Shown piece by piece: positions 61,978 to 64,000 of a DNA stretch of 64,000 nucleotides. The translations under genes and the position numbers were made by a program. How positions within the stretch are numbered: position 1 is the stretch's first letter; every line of letters begins with the position of its first letter. This stretch comes from Eledone cirrhosa (Eukaryota): NCBI GenBank assembly GCA_964016885.1, contig OZ024759.1, positions 11,160,001 to 11,224,000 on the forward strand, read 5' to 3'. A model generated the notes under the pieces. That model made no database searches. It was not told the origin of the DNA and saw nothing but the letters and a program-made list of their open reading frames with translations.

Positions 61978-62379
61978 TAATATACAATACAATCTATATT
62001 GATACTTATCATCTATTGACTTTTCAGTCTGATTATTCTGAACGAGACAATAAATTTTCAAATTATTCACTCATAGATTTTTCCATATTTTGGCAAACAA
62101 CACTTTTAAGTTCCAGTATTTCCAAATATATTTCTTTCACCGCAGGGTCAAAGGTCACCCTGTTGGTCAAAGGTCACCCCATTGGTCAAAGGTGGTCAGT
62201 TTTACTCTAACTTTATTTACTTAACTTCTCCAGTGCTGCATTATGATGTTTATAACAGATATTGCTATTGTTTGGTTCTTTTTTTTTTTTTTACATCTTG
62301 TCTCACTTCACTCCAGATGTAAAGATGTAGGTCAGTTGTTAGATAGAATACTTTGTGGCATTTCTAACAGCTCTCTCTG

Positions 62380-62642
62380 CTCTTCTTCTTCTTCTTCTTC
62401 TTCTTCTTTTTCTTTTTTTTTTCTTTTTTCTTCTTTTTTCCTTTTTTCTTTTTTCTTTTCTTTTTTCTTTCCTTTTTTCTTTCTTTTTTTCTTTTTCTTC
62501 CATTTCTTTTTCTTCCATTTCTTTTTCTTCTTTTTCCTCTTTTTCTTCTTTTTCTTCTTTTTCTTCCATTTCTTTTTCTTTTTCCTTTTTCTTTCTCCTT
62601 TTTCTTTCTCCTTTCCCCTTCTTTTTTCTTCTGTCTTCTTCT
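62380..62642. repeat. Polypyrimidine (TTC/TTTTTC) tract
   Basis: Direct reading. Confidence 0.92.
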
Positions 62643-62896
62643 TTGCCACTAATTCCTAAGAAGATCGTTGGGGAGCAGAGTTTTTAAACATGCCTTCCAG
62701 TGGGTCCTCTCAGAAGCAACCATCTCCAATTGATCTGGCTGGATCCCCAAGTTAGAGCAACCGAGCTCATGGGTGTTATTGCTCGACAGATTTTACTGGT
62801 GAGACTCGGGTAGAACTGGAGCAAGAGGGTTAGATAACATCTCTGTGTTCTCTGATTTCAAATCATACCAAGGTCAACTTTTCTTTTCATCCCTTT

Positions 62897-63237
62897 GGAG
62901 GCACATGGCTTAGTGGTTAGAGCATTGGGCTTGCAATCGGAAGGTGGTGAGTTCAACTCTCAGACCGGGTGATGTGTTGTTTCCTTGAGCAAGACACTTT
63001 ATTTCACATTGCTCCAGTTTACTCAGCTGTAGAAATGAGATGATAGGACTGGGGTCCCTATCATTCCACTGCAAAGTGGTCGTGGAGGTGCCACGACAAA
63101 AAAGCACCCAGCACTCACTGTAAATGAGGTTGGTGTTAGGAAGGACATCCAGCTGTAGAAATCAAGCCAGAATCAGTTCCCGTCCCACTCTTGCAAGCAG
63201 GGAAAAGTGGACGTAAAATGATGATGATGATGATGAT
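62897..63237 (+). mobile_element. SINE family A, full length
   Basis: As 19314-19650; sits just after a SINE B-like body remnant. Confidence 0.92.
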
Positions 63238-63702
63238 GTAGTTAGAAGAAAAAAGTATTTGTCTAGTACTGGGGTTGATTCTTCCTCTATATCTCTTTCT
63301 CATTTCCATATTCCTCTCTCTATCCTTTTCTGGAAGGAATCTGCTGTGTTACAACCTGGAGAGAGAGGAGATGTGTTCCATCTGGTTTAAATAAACCCAA
63401 GACACACCATATGTTATGGCAGCACCCCTACAACTTCATCAGGAGTTACGGCTCCATATATATATACACACTTCTTCATAATGTTCGTTTTTTTTCTCAT
63501 TGTTAGCCTTACTTCACCCACTGGTAAATAAGTAAACCATGTGACAATCTGGCAGAGGTCATTAGAGCATCAGATGGAATGTTTTGTGGATTTGTTCTCG
63601 TTGTCTGCTCTCCCTGAGTTCAGATCCTGCTGCAATCAACTTTACATTTCATCCTTTCAGAATCAATGTCTGATGGTTGACTGGGCAGTTGGTTGGTAGA
63701 CA

Positions 63703-64000
63703 TAAATGTTTGATGGTTGGCTTAAGCGTTTGATGGTTGGCTTAAGTGTTTGATGGCTGGATTAAATGTTTGATGGCTGGCTTAAGTGTTTGATGGCTGG
63801 CTTAAGTGTTTGATGGCTGGCTTAAGTGTTTGATGGTAGGCTTAAATGTTTGATGGTAGGCTTAAGTGTTTGATGGTAGGCTTAAGTGTTTGATGGTAGG
63901 CTTAAGTGTTTGATGGTAGGCTTAAGTGTTTGATGGTAGGCTTAAGTGTTTGATGGTAGGCTTAAGTGTTTGATGGTAGGCTTAAGTGTTTGACGGTAGG
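63703..64000. repeat. 20-bp minisatellite cttaagtgtttgatggtagg (runs off the window)
   Basis: Direct reading; variant gradient ttgg > ctgg > tagg. Confidence 0.95.

Noticed and set aside
60602-62210. Ile/Thr-, Met/Val- or Ser/Pro-rich ORFs of 450-520 aa
   Set aside because: (GAT/GGT)n repeat open in three frames
62650-62810. Minus-strand peptide LGIQPDQLEMVASERTHWK
   Set aside because: Probably a very old LINE C-terminus, but too short and decayed to call

Overview
This is repeat-saturated, AT-rich eukaryotic DNA with no host protein-coding exon I can support. The SINE, LINE and microsatellite content resembles an octopod cephalopod (inference). Most long ORFs in the track are microsatellite artefacts. 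The real coding content is all transposon-derived: a 5'-truncated but open Tx1/L1-clade ORF2 (13738-15576), a 5'-truncated open RTE-clade ORF2 with a PHD-finger-like C4HC3 motif inside its RT (38186-40024), two defective DD37D (maT) mariner elements, and a decayed Penelope-like GIY-YIG fragment. Non-coding content includes two tRNA-derived SINE families, a non-autonomous bipartite RTE family, Helitrons, MITEs, a tRNA-iMet pseudogene and many minisatellites. Three signals stand out. (1) Five mutually divergent fold-back or inverted-repeat inserts sit in (TA)n tracts; four carry type I hammerhead ribozyme motifs, including one complete hammerhead present in identical copies on both strands (54648-54718 and 54834-54904). 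(2) The Tx1-like family is always found in (TATC)n, stacks into its own tails, and has a three-hairpin 3' UTR with compensatory changes. (3) The RTE reverse transcriptase carries a PHD-like finger. Coordinates were read by eye and may be off by a few bases.
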